32,000 bases of DNA from Methylophaga frappieri (GTDB lineage Bacteria; Pseudomonadota; Gammaproteobacteria; Nitrosococcales; Methylophagaceae), in assembly GCF_000260965.1 (NCBI RefSeq), contig NC_017856.1, positions 480,001-512,000 on the forward strand, in the 5' to 3' direction. A program made the translations under genes and the position numbers. Each line of letters starts with the position of its first letter. The first letter of the stretch is position 1. Of this stretch, positions 9,192-19,125 are shown piece after piece. The notes below the pieces were generated by a model, which did no database searches, had not been told where the DNA came from, and was given only the letters and a program-made list of their open reading frames with translations.

Positions 9192-11978
9192 TCAGGCAAA
9201 CTGTCGCTTTTCACCAGCGCCATAAGCATTACTGACACAGCGATCACAAAGATCCGGATAACTCGCATGACTACCGACATCCGACGTTTGGTGCCAGCAA
9301 CGTTCGCATCGCGCATGCGGTGAGGGCTTCACAACAACAGAAAACGGTGTTTCTGCTGGCATAGCATGCAACGTTACTTTAGAACTGATTAAAAGAAATT
9401 TTAACTCTTCCCCCGCAGCCGCCATTGCGTGATAAATTTCAGTCGTTTCATCTGCCTGAATTTCCAGCTCAGCCGTCAAGCCACCTTTGATTAGACCGTC
9501 ATTTCTTGCAGCCTCGACCTCTCGCGCAATGGTGTCACGATAGCGGAAAAGCGTTGCCCAGTGACTTCTCGTCATTGTTGCTGCAGCATCAAGCTCTATT
9601 AGCCCGTCATACCATACATTTAGCAATACAGAATCATTCCGCTTACCCGGAATAAACGACCATAATTCATCCGCGGTAAAAGTCAGAATCGGCGCAATCC
9701 AGCGAACTAACGCTTCCAAAACATGATACATCGCCGTTTGCGATGAGCGTCGACCAAGGCTGTTGGCCGGCATGGTGTATTGCCTATCCTTGGTGATATC
9801 CAGATAGGCACTACCCAATTCATTGGCACAGAAATTATGAACTTTCTGATAGATCTGGTGGAACTGATAGTTTTCGTAAGCCGTTTTCACTTCCGTTTGT
9901 ACCTGATAGGCCCGGTCCAGAATCCATCGATCTAAAGGCAACAGCTCTGTCGCCTGAACCAAATTGGTCTCCGGATCAAAATCATTCAGATTTGATAGCA
10001 GATAGCGGGCTGTATTACGAATTCGCCGATACGAATCGGCTGTCCGTTTCAGGATTTCGTCAGACACCGTCATTTCTGCACTGTAGTCGGTCGCCGCCAC
10101 CCAAAGACGAATAATATCTGCGCCTAAATTATTCACCACCTGCTGCGGTGCCACGACATTGCCTTTAGACTTCGACATTTTTTTGCCGTGCGCATCCACG
10201 GTAAAGCCATGCGTCAATACCGATTTGTATGGTGCCTTACCTGTTGCGGCAACAGAAGTCAGCAACGAAGATTGAAACCAGCCACGATGTTGATCACTGC
10301 CTTCAAGATACAAATCTGCTGGTCGCGTTAACTGTTCTCGTCTATCCAAGACACAGGCATGAGTGACGCCTGAATCGAACCAGACATCAAGCGTATCAGT
10401 GACTTTGTCGTAATCATTTGCATCATCGCCAATCAAACTTTCGGCAGACAACTCAAACCAAGCATCAATACCTTTTTGCTCAACCGCAACTGCCACCTGC
10501 TCAATTAATGCCGCCGTATTTGGGTGTAATTCTCCTGTTTGTTGATGGACAAATAAGGGAATCGGTACCCCCCAGGTTCGTTGCCGGGAAATACACCAGT
10601 CCGGCCGTCCAGAGACCATATTTTCAATACGTTTCTGACCCCAGTCCGGTAACCAATCTGTTTGTTCAATTTCCTGCATCGCAGCTTGGCGCAGACCATT
10701 CTGATCCATGCTAATAAACCATTGTGGCGTCGCGCGAAAAATAATCGGGGTTTTATGGCGCCAGCAATGTGGATAGCTGTGCTCGATCTCAACGTGACAT
10801 AACAACGCGTCATGCTGTTGCAACGTTTCAATCACCTGTGGATTGGCTTTAAACACGGATTGCCCCGCGAACAAAGGCGTATCAGGCAAAAAGACCCCAT
10901 TGCCACCGACAGGGTTGTCAACTTTTAAGCCATATTTGATACCGACAATGTAGTCATCCTGACCGTGTCCTGGTGCGGTATGCACGGCTCCGGTACCGGC
11001 CTCTGTGGTGACATGGTCTCCTAAAATCACCGGCACTTGGCGTGAGTAAAATGGATGATTTAATGTCAGGCCTTCTAACGCAGCCCCTTTCACGCGAGCA
11101 ATAATTTCGCCACTCAGTTGATAACGTTGCAATGCGGTTTCATAAAGCGCTTCGGCAAGCAGTAACCTTTCTTGACCACACTGTAGCAACACGTAGTCCA
11201 GTTCAGGATGCAAACAGACAGCCTGATTGGCCGGTAAGGTCCAAGGCGTTGTGGTCCAGATAACGAGACTGGTCTCCCCAGCCCCCTCATTAGCACAAAC
11301 GGCATCAAATGCAGCTTGATCAGCCACCTTAAAACGCACATCAATAGCAGAAGAACGTTTATCTTCATATTCGACTTCCGCTTCTGCCAACGCAGAACCA
11401 CAATCGACACACCAGTGAACGGGCTTGACGCCTTTATGTAAGTGGTCATTAGCAATGATATTGCCCAAAGTCCGAATAATATCGGCCTCAAAAGCAAAGT
11501 CCATCGTGAGATACGGATTATCCCAATCGGCCAATACACCGAGACGTTTAAAGTCTTCTCGCTGACCGTTGACTTGTTTCGCCGCATAATCACGACATGC
11601 CTGACGAAACTCAGCCGGTGTCACTTTTACGCCGGGTTTGCCAACTTTTTTCTCAACGTTGAGCTCAATCGGCAAACCATGACAATCCCAGCCTGGTACA
11701 TAAGGCGTGTCATAACCACTCAAGGTTTTTGACTTGAGAATCATATCCTTGAGAATTTTATTGACGGCATGACCAATGTGGATATCCCCATTTGCGTAGG
11801 GCGGTCCATCATGCAGAATAAATTTACCATTCGGCGCTGACTTACCCTTTTCTCGTAGTTGTTGATAGAGGTTTTGATCCTGCCAGCGCTGCAAAATTTG
11901 CGGTTCACGATTAGGTAATCCCGCTTTCATCGGGAAATCGGTTGCTGGAAGATTTAAAGTCTGTTTGTAGTCAGCCAC
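9192..11978 (-). CDS. ileS: Isoleucine--tRNA ligase
   Basis: 928 aa with HIGH-type motif ([12 protein letters not shown]), KMSKS, and a C-terminal Cys cluster (CERCW...CDRC). Confidence 0.97.
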   Translation of the reverse strand: MADYKQTLNLPATDFPMKAGLPNREPQILQRWQDQNLYQQLREKGKSAPNGKFILHDGPPYANGDIHIGHAVNKILKDMILKSKTLSGYDTPYVPGWDCHGLPIELNVEKKVGKPGVKVTPAEFRQACRDYAAKQVNGQREDFKRLGVLADWDNPYLTMDFAFEADIIRTLGNIIANDHLHKGVKPVHWCVDCGSALAEAEVEYEDKRSSAIDVRFKVADQAAFDAVCANEGAGETSLVIWTTTPWTLPANQAVCLHPELDYVLLQCGQERLLLAEALYETALQRYQLSGEIIARVKGAALEGLTLNHPFYSRQVPVILGDHVTTEAGTGAVHTAPGHGQDDYIVGIKYGLKVDNPVGGNGVFLPDTPLFAGQSVFKANPQVIETLQQHDALLCHVEIEHSYPHCWRHKTPIIFRATPQWFISMDQNGLRQAAMQEIEQTDWLPDWGQKRIENMVSGRPDWCISRQRTWGVPIPLFVHQQTGELHPNTAALIEQVAVAVEQKGIDAWFELSAESLIGDDANDYDKVTDTLDVWFDSGVTHACVLDRREQLTRPADLYLEGSDQHRGWFQSSLLTSVAATGKAPYKSVLTHGFTVDAHGKKMSKSKGNVVAPQQVVNNLGADIIRLWVAATDYSAEMTVSDEILKRTADSYRRIRNTARYLLSNLNDFDPETNLVQATELLPLDRWILDRAYQVQTEVKTAYENYQFHQIYQKVHNFCANELGSAYLDITKDRQYTMPANSLGRRSSQTAMYHVLEALVRWIAPILTFTADELWSFIPGKRNDSVLLNVWYDGLIELDAAATMTRSHWATLFRYRDTIAREVEAARNDGLIKGGLTAELEIQADETTEIYHAMAAAGEELKFLLISSKVTLHAMPAETPFSVVVKPSPHARCERCWHQTSDVGSHASYPDLCDRCVSNAYGAGEKRQFA

Positions 11979-12150
11979 AAAAAAGCTCGTATGATAAATA
12001 CATAAAGGAGGCGATTATACGGGTTTTTGCTCCCGACCTGAAAGCGATTGACGGCTTTTCTTCGCAGGATTTTTTTGGATTTGCTTCATTAACTTGCAGT
12101 AGAATATGACTAAAACAAACTCCTCAAAGAAGTGAAAGAGCCAAGTTGCA

Positions 12151-12444
12151 ATGACCGCAACCGAAAAAGTCTTGATCAAAGGTCTTACCGAAGATGGCAG
12201 TAAATTTCGCCCAAGCGATTGGGCAGAGCGCCTGTGTGGCGCTGTTGCCAGTTATGGACCGGGAAGACGCATTATTTTTCACCCTCACGTCAGAATGGCC
12301 AACCTGGAAGGCGTTAAATGTGTTGTCATCGACGCCTTGCTCGAGCAAAAAGATGAAATGTTGTTCGAGTTTTTACTGGACTTTGCCAAAGAAAATCAGT
12401 TGCAAACAGAGCGCGTTAATTGGCAAACAACCCCACCACAATAA
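12151..12444 (+). CDS. DUF3579-like small protein
   Basis: 97 aa. GSKFRPSDWAERLCG...FHPHV resembles the DUF3579 family as I recall it. Two overlapping ORFs (12124-12348 minus, 12194-12484 plus) look spurious. Confidence 0.6.
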   Translation: MTATEKVLIKGLTEDGSKFRPSDWAERLCGAVASYGPGRRIIFHPHVRMANLEGVKCVVIDALLEQKDEMLFEFLLDFAKENQLQTERVNWQTTPPQ

Positions 12445-12447
12445 CTT

Positions 12448-12900
12448 TCAGTTATCTTGGTGTTCGGCATCCGGCCAGTTTTGAATGTAGTTTTTCAAGA
12501 GTTTATTCTCAAACTTGGCTTTCTTTAGCAGCTCTTCAACAATATCCGTGATGGAGAGCATGCCTTCCAGGCGGCCTTGATACACCACAGGCAAATGGCG
12601 AATATTGTGTTCGACCATCAGATTCATACAGGCTTCAAGCGTATCATCTGGTTCACAGGTATACGGATCCGGTGTCATCGCATCTTTGGCGGTGAGTGGT
12701 TGCCACATTGCATGTTTTTGATGCAACACCCGTAACAAATCTCGTTCCGACAAAATACCGACCAAAGCACCATTATGGGTCACAACCAAAGAACCAATTC
12801 GGTGCTCCATCATAAGGTTGACGGCTTTGTCTAACGAGTCAGTGGGTAACAAGCCAATCACTGGCTTGCCTTTATTTTTGGTAATGGATCTGACTTTCAT
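12448..12900 (-). CDS. CBS domain-containing protein
   Basis: 150 aa with two CBS-like repeats (HRIGSLVV...GILSERDLL and HNIRHLPVV...GMLSITDIV). Confidence 0.8.
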   Translation of the reverse strand: MKVRSITKNKGKPVIGLLPTDSLDKAVNLMMEHRIGSLVVTHNGALVGILSERDLLRVLHQKHAMWQPLTAKDAMTPDPYTCEPDDTLEACMNLMVEHNIRHLPVVYQGRLEGMLSITDIVEELLKKAKFENKLLKNYIQNWPDAEHQDN

Positions 12901-13008
12901 GCTGTCTCTCCGCTGACCTGCGTCAATGCTATTTTGCTTGACTACGTGCAGGCCTGCAAGTGATTTGCAAAACCATTATCGGCAGGTTATTTCACCTGTT
13001 GTCCATTA

Positions 13009-15342
13009 TTATGCCGCCGTTTGTGCCGTCCTTTTTTCCAGTCGTATCGCTACAAATTTTGAGGTGGGTGTAAAGGTCCTGTCACCATAGCTTTCTAGTG
13101 GTACCAACGGATTTGTTTCAGGGTAGTATGCTGCCGCCTGACCTGCAGGCACATCAAAACTTAACGCGGTAAATCCTGATACACGGCGCGTTTTGCCATC
13201 ATGCCACAGCGACACAATGTCTACTTTTTCGCCATGCTCAATACCCAAACGTTTTAGATCAGCTTCGTTAATAAAAATGACATCACGCATACCATAAACG
13301 CCTCGGTAGCGGTCATTCAGACTATAAACCGTCGTGTTGTACTGATCATGAGAGCGCATGGTTTGCAAGATGAGATCTGGCTGTTGGTCCGCCGCAGTCA
13401 ATTCAGGATGAATCAGGGATTCCGGCAACGCATGTTTCATAAACTGCGCTTTACCTGATTCAGTAAGCCATTGACGCTCTGCCGCCGGATTACCCAGATA
13501 AAATCCGCCAGGGTTTGCAATCTTATTATTAAAATCGGTAAAGCCCGGAATCGTTTCGGCAATTAATTGACGAATACGATCATAATCCGCAATCAGCCAT
13601 TGCCAGTCGACGGGATGGTTACCCAGCGTAGCGTGTGCGATTCCAGCAATAATGGCCGACTCGGATTTCAGTAAAGGCGAGAAAGGTTTCAATTGACCGT
13701 AGGAAATATGCACCATACTGAAAGTATCTTCGACGGTAACACCTTGTTTGCCGGACTGCTGGGCATCCATTTCAGTGCGACCAAGGCAAGGCAAAATCAA
13801 TGCGTCTTTGCCGGTAATCAGATGACTGCGATTTAGCTTGGTGGAAATTTGGACGGTTAAATCACAATTTTGCATTGCCGCATGGGTGCGTGGCGTGTCC
13901 GGTGCGGCTTGCACAAAGTTGCCCCCTAAACCAACAAAGACTTTGGTTTTGCCATGCTCCATTGCCTCGATGGCTTTAACGGTCGTATGGCCATGGGCAC
14001 GCGGCACATTAAACTTAAATCGTGCCTCAAGCGCATCAAGTAATTGTTTGGGCGGTTGTTCATCAATGCCCATGGTGCGGTCACCTTGCACATTACTATG
14101 ACCACGTACCGGAGACAAACCAGCACCGGGTTTACCGACATTGCCTCGCAATAATTGCAAACTGATAATTTCCTGAATGGTCGCAACAGAATGCACATGC
14201 TGTGTCACCCCCATTGCCCAGCACATGATGACGCTATCTGCCTTGCGATACATGTTTGCCGCCATTTCAATCTCGGCCAGACTTAAACCAGACTGTGATT
14301 CGATGTGTTGCCAAGACGTGTTATCCAATTGTTCCAGATAATCATCTATACCATGGGTATGGGTAGCGATGAATTCGCGGTCAAATACCGCCGGCGTATT
14401 ATTTTTAAGCGAAGCCTGCTCCCATTGCCATAGAAACTTGGCCATGCCTCGAATTGCCGCCATATCGCCGCCCAGGGCCGGCCTAAAATAGGCTGTATTG
14501 GTTGGTTCGGAATCATTTTTTAACATTTCCAGCGGGCTTTGCGGATGCTGAAATCGTTCCAGACCACGTTCTTTCAACGGGTTAAAACAAATCACCTGCG
14601 CCCCACGATGCACCGCTTCTCGCAATGGTTCGAGCATGCGTGGATGATTGGTACCCGGGTTTTGTCCAATAACAAAAATAGCATCAGCTTTGGCGAAGTC
14701 TTCAAACCGGACTGTGCCTTTACCAACACCGATCGACTCCGACATCCCAATACCACTGGCTTCATGGCACATATTAGAACAGTCAGGGAAATTGTTCGTA
14801 CCCAGGGCGCGAACAAACAGCTGGTACAAAAAAGCCGCTTCATTACTTGCCCGGCCAGAGGTATAGAACTCAGCCTCATCAGGTGAATTCATTGCCTTTA
14901 AATGCGATGCGACTATTTCAAACGCGGCCGGCCAAGTAATGGGTTTATATCGATCAGATTTTGCGTCATAGCGCATTGGGTGGGTAATTCTACCCTGCGA
15001 CTCAAGCCAATAATCATCATGCGTCAATAATTCAGCAACGGCATGTTTTTCAAAAAAAGCCGGATCGACGCGACGACCGGTCGCTTCCCAATTAACGGCT
15101 TTGGCACCATTTTCGCAAAACTTAATCATGCCTTTTTCAGGGGTTTCACCCCACGCACAGCCGGGACAGTCCAGACCGTGATCCTGATTGGTTTTGAGCA
15201 TGGCCTTGATATTGGCAACCGCATTGCGGCTACCTAACCAGCTTTTGGTCACACTGACCAATGCTCCCCAGCCTGCGGCTGGCCCGGTATAAGGCTTGTA
15301 ATGACTCAAGAAATGTCTCCACGACGATGAAATCAATATCAA
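13009..15342 (-). CDS. FdhF/YdeP-family molybdopterin oxidoreductase
   Basis: 777 aa. The N-terminal AAGWGALVSV...LDCPGCAW matches the YdeP-type signature, followed by a molybdopterin oxidoreductase core. The start is uncertain: an in-frame TTG at 15309 with an upstream GGAG is an alternative. Confidence 0.85.
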   Translation of the reverse strand: MILISSSWRHFLSHYKPYTGPAAGWGALVSVTKSWLGSRNAVANIKAMLKTNQDHGLDCPGCAWGETPEKGMIKFCENGAKAVNWEATGRRVDPAFFEKHAVAELLTHDDYWLESQGRITHPMRYDAKSDRYKPITWPAAFEIVASHLKAMNSPDEAEFYTSGRASNEAAFLYQLFVRALGTNNFPDCSNMCHEASGIGMSESIGVGKGTVRFEDFAKADAIFVIGQNPGTNHPRMLEPLREAVHRGAQVICFNPLKERGLERFQHPQSPLEMLKNDSEPTNTAYFRPALGGDMAAIRGMAKFLWQWEQASLKNNTPAVFDREFIATHTHGIDDYLEQLDNTSWQHIESQSGLSLAEIEMAANMYRKADSVIMCWAMGVTQHVHSVATIQEIISLQLLRGNVGKPGAGLSPVRGHSNVQGDRTMGIDEQPPKQLLDALEARFKFNVPRAHGHTTVKAIEAMEHGKTKVFVGLGGNFVQAAPDTPRTHAAMQNCDLTVQISTKLNRSHLITGKDALILPCLGRTEMDAQQSGKQGVTVEDTFSMVHISYGQLKPFSPLLKSESAIIAGIAHATLGNHPVDWQWLIADYDRIRQLIAETIPGFTDFNNKIANPGGFYLGNPAAERQWLTESGKAQFMKHALPESLIHPELTAADQQPDLILQTMRSHDQYNTTVYSLNDRYRGVYGMRDVIFINEADLKRLGIEHGEKVDIVSLWHDGKTRRVSGFTALSFDVPAGQAAAYYPETNPLVPLESYGDRTFTPTSKFVAIRLEKRTAQTAA

Positions 15343-15595
15343 CCAGCTTTACGAAAAAGCGGCAGCAACCCAAGTTGCTGTATTTTAAAGCTGGATTCTC
15401 TCGCTGACAGTCAGTGAGATCAGAACGGCGGTTGTGCATGATGAAAAAATGCCGCGACTCGCATTTTTAACATCCTTCTGATCGTTGCGATCTAGGACAA
15501 ATTATATATTTTCCAGTTAGTTGCATTCAAGCCCAGTTTTATTTCATTGTTAAAGCAGTTAGCGCAAAACTTGTCTTCAAGCATAGGCCAAGTTG

Positions 15596-17176
15596 CTATA
15601 AGTGCTCACGCGTTGCACGAAATTCAATATCCGGCCAACGTTCCATCGTTAAATCCAAATTAACCCGCGTTGGCGCAATGTAAGTGAGATTTTCGGCACC
15701 ATCCCAAGCCAGGTTTTGAGAAGCTTTACGTTTAAACTCCTCTAATTTTTTTACATCATCACAGTACACCCAGCGCGCGGTATGCACTTGCACTGGCTCG
15801 TAGGCACACTCGACGTTGTATTCTCCCTTGAGTCGATGCACGACCACATCGAACTGCAAGACACCAACGGCACCTAATATCAAATCATTATTATCTAATG
15901 GTCGGAATAGTTGCGTCGCCCCTTCTTCGCTAAGCTGTTGCAAGCCTTTTAACAAGGCTTTGTTTTTGAGGGGATCTTTCAATCTGACACGACGAAACAG
16001 CTCAGGCGCAAAGTAAGGAATACCGGTAAATTGCAGATCTTCACCCTGAGTAAAAGTATCACCAATTTGAATTGTGCCGTGATTATGCAGGCCTAAAATA
16101 TCGCCTGGCCAAGCCACTTCAGCTTGTTCCCGTTCAGCCGCCATAAACGTCACGGCATTGGCAATGGTTACCTCTTTACTCGTTCGGGATTGAAATAGTT
16201 TCATCCCTTTACTGTACTGGCCGCTACAGACCCGTAAAAAAGCGATCCGATCACGGTGTTTCGGATCCATATTGGCTTGAATCTTAAACACAAAACCACT
16301 GAATTTTTCTTCCTGTGCGCTGACTTCACGCGTTTTAGTTTCGCGGGGCTGAGGCGCTGGTGCGTACTCAACAAATGAGTCCATCAACTCGGTAATACCG
16401 AAGTTATTCATCGCAGAACCGAAAAAAACCGGCGTCAGTTTGCCCGCCAAAAATTCATCCAAATCAAACTCATGGCTGGCACCACGCACCAGTTCAATTT
16501 CTTCGCGCAAATCGCCAGCCATTGGGCCAAACAATTCGTCGAGACGCGGATTATCTAGGCCCTGAATAATCTCACCCGCTTCTTTCGTATGCGGCTGAAA
16601 CAAATGCACGCTGTCATTCAACAGATGGAAAATACCTTTAAATCCTTTGCCCATACCAATCGGCCAAGTGATTGGTGCACATTGAATATTAAGAATGGTT
16701 TCAACTTCATCGAGTAGTTCAATTGGCTCACGACCTTCACGGTCGAGCTTATTGATGAAGGTCAGAATCGGGGTATCACGAAGACGGCAGACCTCCATCA
16801 GTTTGATGGTGCGTTCCTCAACGCCCTTGGCACTGTCGATAACCATTAACGCCGAATCGACGGCCGTTAAAGTACGGTAGGTATCTTCCGAGAAGTCGGC
16901 GTGACCCGGTGTATCAAGCAGGTTGACGATACGGTCTCGATAAGGGAACTGCATCACCGAGGAGGTCACCGAAATGCCGCGCTCCTTCTCCATTTCCATC
17001 CAGTCAGAGGTCGCATGCTTGTCGGTTTTGCGTGACTTAACGCTACCCGCCATCTGAATCGCGCCACCAAAATACAGCAGTTTTTCGGTCAGGGTCGTTT
17101 TACCCGCATCCGGGTGCGAGATGATAGCAAAGGTCCTTCGCTTATTGATTTCATTGAGAAAATCTTGGTTTGCCAT
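15596..17176 (-). CDS. prfC: Peptide chain release factor 3 (GTPase)
   Basis: 526 aa with G-domain motifs [17 protein letters not shown] and NKLD. The first ~17-22 codons and the promoter probably come from the ICE (see attR). Confidence 0.96.
   Translation of the reverse strand: MANQDFLNEINKRRTFAIISHPDAGKTTLTEKLLYFGGAIQMAGSVKSRKTDKHATSDWMEMEKERGISVTSSVMQFPYRDRIVNLLDTPGHADFSEDTYRTLTAVDSALMVIDSAKGVEERTIKLMEVCRLRDTPILTFINKLDREGREPIELLDEVETILNIQCAPITWPIGMGKGFKGIFHLLNDSVHLFQPHTKEAGEIIQGLDNPRLDELFGPMAGDLREEIELVRGASHEFDLDEFLAGKLTPVFFGSAMNNFGITELMDSFVEYAPAPQPRETKTREVSAQEEKFSGFVFKIQANMDPKHRDRIAFLRVCSGQYSKGMKLFQSRTSKEVTIANAVTFMAAEREQAEVAWPGDILGLHNHGTIQIGDTFTQGEDLQFTGIPYFAPELFRRVRLKDPLKNKALLKGLQQLSEEGATQLFRPLDNNDLILGAVGVLQFDVVVHRLKGEYNVECAYEPVQVHTARWVYCDDVKKLEEFKRKASQNLAWDGAENLTYIAPTRVNLDLTMERWPDIEFRATREHL
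17109..17125. other. Probable attR core of the SXT/R391-type ICE inside prfC
   Basis: In prfC sense the sequence is ATCATCTCGCACCCGGA, encoding the IISHPD part of the P-loop. This matches, to within 1-2 nt, my recollection of the 17-bp attP/attB core used by SXT Int in prfC. It was recalled, not aligned. Confidence 0.5.
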
Positions 17177-17432
17177 GTATAAATTCTTTTAGTTTGTACA
17201 CGGATTTGTACACACTTTTGGAAGTACTCTCTTTTCAGTTCTTCGCTTGTCAAATCCGTCGTGTTAATCGTAATTGGCCGCTATTTTCGCTGATCTTGAC
17301 TTTATAAACAATCAATGGTTATCTAATCGGTTACCATTTGCTCTCAGCGTGCGCCAATGCTCAGTTGTAGCTGTTTGCAATCGTTGCTTCTTCAGCTCAT
17401 GAACAACTGTGGCTAAACCACAAATTCCTTCG

Positions 17433-18080
17433 CTACCAGAAATCGATGATAGCTTGTCGTACTACACCGATGATGGTGCAGTTGCCGTTGATCGGTATTG
17501 CAGGGTATTGCGGGTTCAAAGGTTTTAGATACTTCTGTTCACCATCAATAACCAACTGCTTAAAGGTTGCTTCTTTCGAATCATCCAAACGCGCAACAAC
17601 CAATGAACCTGAAGAGTAAGGTAACTCAGGATCAACAACGATCACTGCCCCCTCAGGTATGGATTTTTTTCCGCTTGGATTTTCCATACTGTCGCCTTTT
17701 ACGCGAAGTGCGAAACAACCCTCATGTGCTTTCCCAGTGACTTCACGCCACTCCTCAGCATCTTCATGGGCAAATCCCTCCGCTATTTCAGTCCAATCAC
17801 CGGCCTGAACCCAGTTAATGAGAGGAATTCTTCCCTTAATATCAGGCCCGACTTCTACATTACCGACCCCCAAGCCAATCTCGCCATCACCTGTGGCGAG
17901 CCAATGAGCATTCACGCGAAGCGCCTCCGCGATCTGCATGGTGTAACGAGACCTAGCCGATTTACCAGAGCAAATCTGGCTGATCGACTGCTGTTTGATA
18001 CCAATGCGACGAGCCAACTCAGACTGAGTTACCCCAGTAAGCTGCAAGGCATGGTTTAGTCGTTCGGATAAAGTTTTCAT
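17433..18080 (-). CDS. setR: Lambda CI-like repressor SetR (HTH-XRE + S24 peptidase)
   Basis: 215 aa with an N-terminal HTH (VTQSELARRIGIKQQSISQI). The C-terminus parallels lambda CI closely: VQAG cleavage site (A93-G94), GDSM Ser131, FKQL Lys174, and LKPLNPQYPAIP against lambda LQPLNPQYPMIP. Confidence 0.92.
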   Translation of the reverse strand: MKTLSERLNHALQLTGVTQSELARRIGIKQQSISQICSGKSARSRYTMQIAEALRVNAHWLATGDGEIGLGVGNVEVGPDIKGRIPLINWVQAGDWTEIAEGFAHEDAEEWREVTGKAHEGCFALRVKGDSMENPSGKKSIPEGAVIVVDPELPYSSGSLVVARLDDSKEATFKQLVIDGEQKYLKPLNPQYPAIPINGNCTIIGVVRQAIIDFW

Positions 18081-18139
18081 AAGCCCGCATTCTACAAATA
18101 AAACTGTAGTCTTTCAACAATTTTAACTGTTGACTTATC

Positions 18140-18155
18140 TACAGTTTAAACTGTA
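18140..18155. repeat. Perfect 16-bp palindrome TACAGTTTAAACTGTA (candidate SetR/CroS operator)
   Basis: Read directly from the sequence. It lies in the spacer and overlaps the -10 of the candidate croS promoter. Confidence 0.6.
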
Positions 18156-18165
18156 ACATTCAATC

Positions 18166-18189
18166 TTGTAACAGTTATTATTGTAACAG
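18166..18189 (+). repeat. Direct repeat TTGTAACAG x2 (18166-18174 and 18181-18189)
   Basis: Read directly from the sequence. Each copy contains an ACAG/CTGT half-site related to the palindrome arms. Confidence 0.55.
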
Positions 18190-18197
18190 GAGACGGT

Positions 18198-18449
18198 ATG
18201 GAAGTGTTCAACACGACACAAAAACATCTCCGCCGTGCCATTGACTTGGTCGGCGGGCAATCAGCATTAGCAAGAGCCATCAACTCAAAACAGCAAAACG
18301 TCTGGTTTTGGTTGAATAAATCAGGGCGTGTTCCCGCTGAATTCGTTTTACCCATCGAACAAGCTACGCAAGGACAGGTAACCCGATCTCAGTTAAGACC
18401 GGACATCTATCCCGAATGCCCAAGCGAGCTGAAAGCCAGTAACCAGTAG
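18198..18449 (+). CDS. croS: Cro-like / YdaS-type HTH regulator (CroS-like)
   Basis: 83 aa. GGQSALARAINSKQQNVWFWLNKSGRVPAEFVLPIEQAT is the YdaS/Cro-type HTH pattern. It is divergent from setR and has an AGGAG RBS. Confidence 0.8.
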   Translation: MEVFNTTQKHLRRAIDLVGGQSALARAINSKQQNVWFWLNKSGRVPAEFVLPIEQATQGQVTRSQLRPDIYPECPSELKASNQ

Positions 18450-18504
18450 GATTAAGGGCAAATAATGGTCAGCATTTTACGTAAACACAAAAGCGAGTTC
18501 CTCC

Positions 18505-19125
18505 ATGCGTGATTATGGCAAGGTCTATACCCGCTTTTGGCTAAAGCAAAATGTTTTGTCCTGGAGTGACTCAGCGAAGTTGCTAGGACTGTATTTGCTT
18601 ACATGCCCACATTGTAATTTGCTTGGCTGCTTTCGACTGCCGATTGGTTACGTTGCTTCTGACTTGAACTGGGATGAGCAACAGGTTGCCAAGACGTTAA
18701 GTGAGTTAGAACAAGATCAGTTCCTGATTCGTTGCGAGGCATCTGGTTGGACTTTGATTCGAAGCTTTCTGAAGCACAACCCAATCGAAAACCCAAACCA
18801 AGGTAAGGCAGCCTTTCGGTTGCTTAAAGATGTACCTGCCGACTTCATTGGTATGGCATCGCTTTTGAAATCTCTTGCCGCTTTTCAAGCTCGGCTACCA
18901 GAAGAATTTTCATCATTGTTTATGCCTGATGGCAACCCGGTAAGGGACTCTCAACGGTCGGATGACTCTGAGAGAAGCAATAAACCAACAGTTAAAACTG
19001 TTGACCACATACAGTTTGAAGACTTCTGGGATGTACAAATACGCAAAGAAAAAAAGCGAAAGCCAAAGAAGAATGGCTACGCATGGGCCTCAATGAAGAC
19101 CATGAACTCGCCTTGGAAGTGCTAA
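18505..19125 (+). CDS. Hypothetical ICE protein (phage replication-protein-like N-terminus); zero-frame product of a possible frameshift gene
   Basis: 206-aa ORF. It contains an in-frame A_AAA_AAG heptamer at 19050-19056. The zero frame ends 22 codons later in a low-complexity tail. Confidence 0.7.
   Translation: MRDYGKVYTRFWLKQNVLSWSDSAKLLGLYLLTCPHCNLLGCFRLPIGYVASDLNWDEQQVAKTLSELEQDQFLIRCEASGWTLIRSFLKHNPIENPNQGKAAFRLLKDVPADFIGMASLLKSLAAFQARLPEEFSSLFMPDGNPVRDSQRSDDSERSNKPTVKTVDHIQFEDFWDVQIRKEKKRKPKKNGYAWASMKTMNSPWKC
19050..19056 (+). other. Candidate -1 programmed ribosomal frameshift heptamer A_AAA_AAG
   Basis: Codon phase checked: (19051-18505) is divisible by 3, so AAA and AAG are zero-frame codons preceded by A. 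This is the same heptamer and phasing as in dnaX and IS911. The -1 frame continues open to 19373. Confidence 0.4.

Larger units (their letters stand above)
18081..18197. promoter_or_regulatory. Divergent setR / croS promoter-operator switch region
   Basis: Five or six copies of AACTGTW in both orientations.
- Candidate setR promoter (minus strand): -35 TTGAAA (18112-18117), 17-nt spacer, -10 TAGAAT (18089-18094). Only 8 nt separate it from the ATG and there is no SD.
- Candidate croS promoter (plus strand): -35 TTGACT (18130-18135), 18-nt spacer, -10 TAACAT (18154-18159), with AGGAG at 18188-18192. Confidence 0.6.

Noticed and set aside
10418-11732. ORFs of 96-159 aa overlapping ileS in other frames
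   Set aside because: They are fully embedded in a 928-aa gene with unmistakable IleRS motifs. They are shadow ORFs.
12124-12484. Two ORFs (12124-12348 minus, 12194-12484 plus) overlapping the DUF3579-like gene
   Set aside because: Only the 12151-12444 frame gives a sequence resembling a known family (RPSDWAERLCG). The others are Cys- and Ser-rich and lack signals.
15354-15380. Hairpin CAGCAAC-N4-GTTGCTG followed on the minus strand by CCGCTTTTT, considered as the prfC terminator
   Set aside because: It lies about 215 bp downstream of the prfC stop and only about 12 bp upstream of the annotated ydeP-like start. It has a short 7-bp stem and an interrupted T-tract. This is too ambiguous to call, and ORF 15230-15439 in the same region also looks spurious.
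18104-18119. CTGTAGTCTTTCAACA, resembling a LexA/SOS box (CTGT-N8-ACAG) in the setR-croS region
   Set aside because: The second half-site reads AACA, not ACAG. The abundant CTGT/ACAG motifs here are better explained as SetR/CroS operator half-sites. In this ICE family SOS control acts through SetR autocleavage rather than direct LexA binding.
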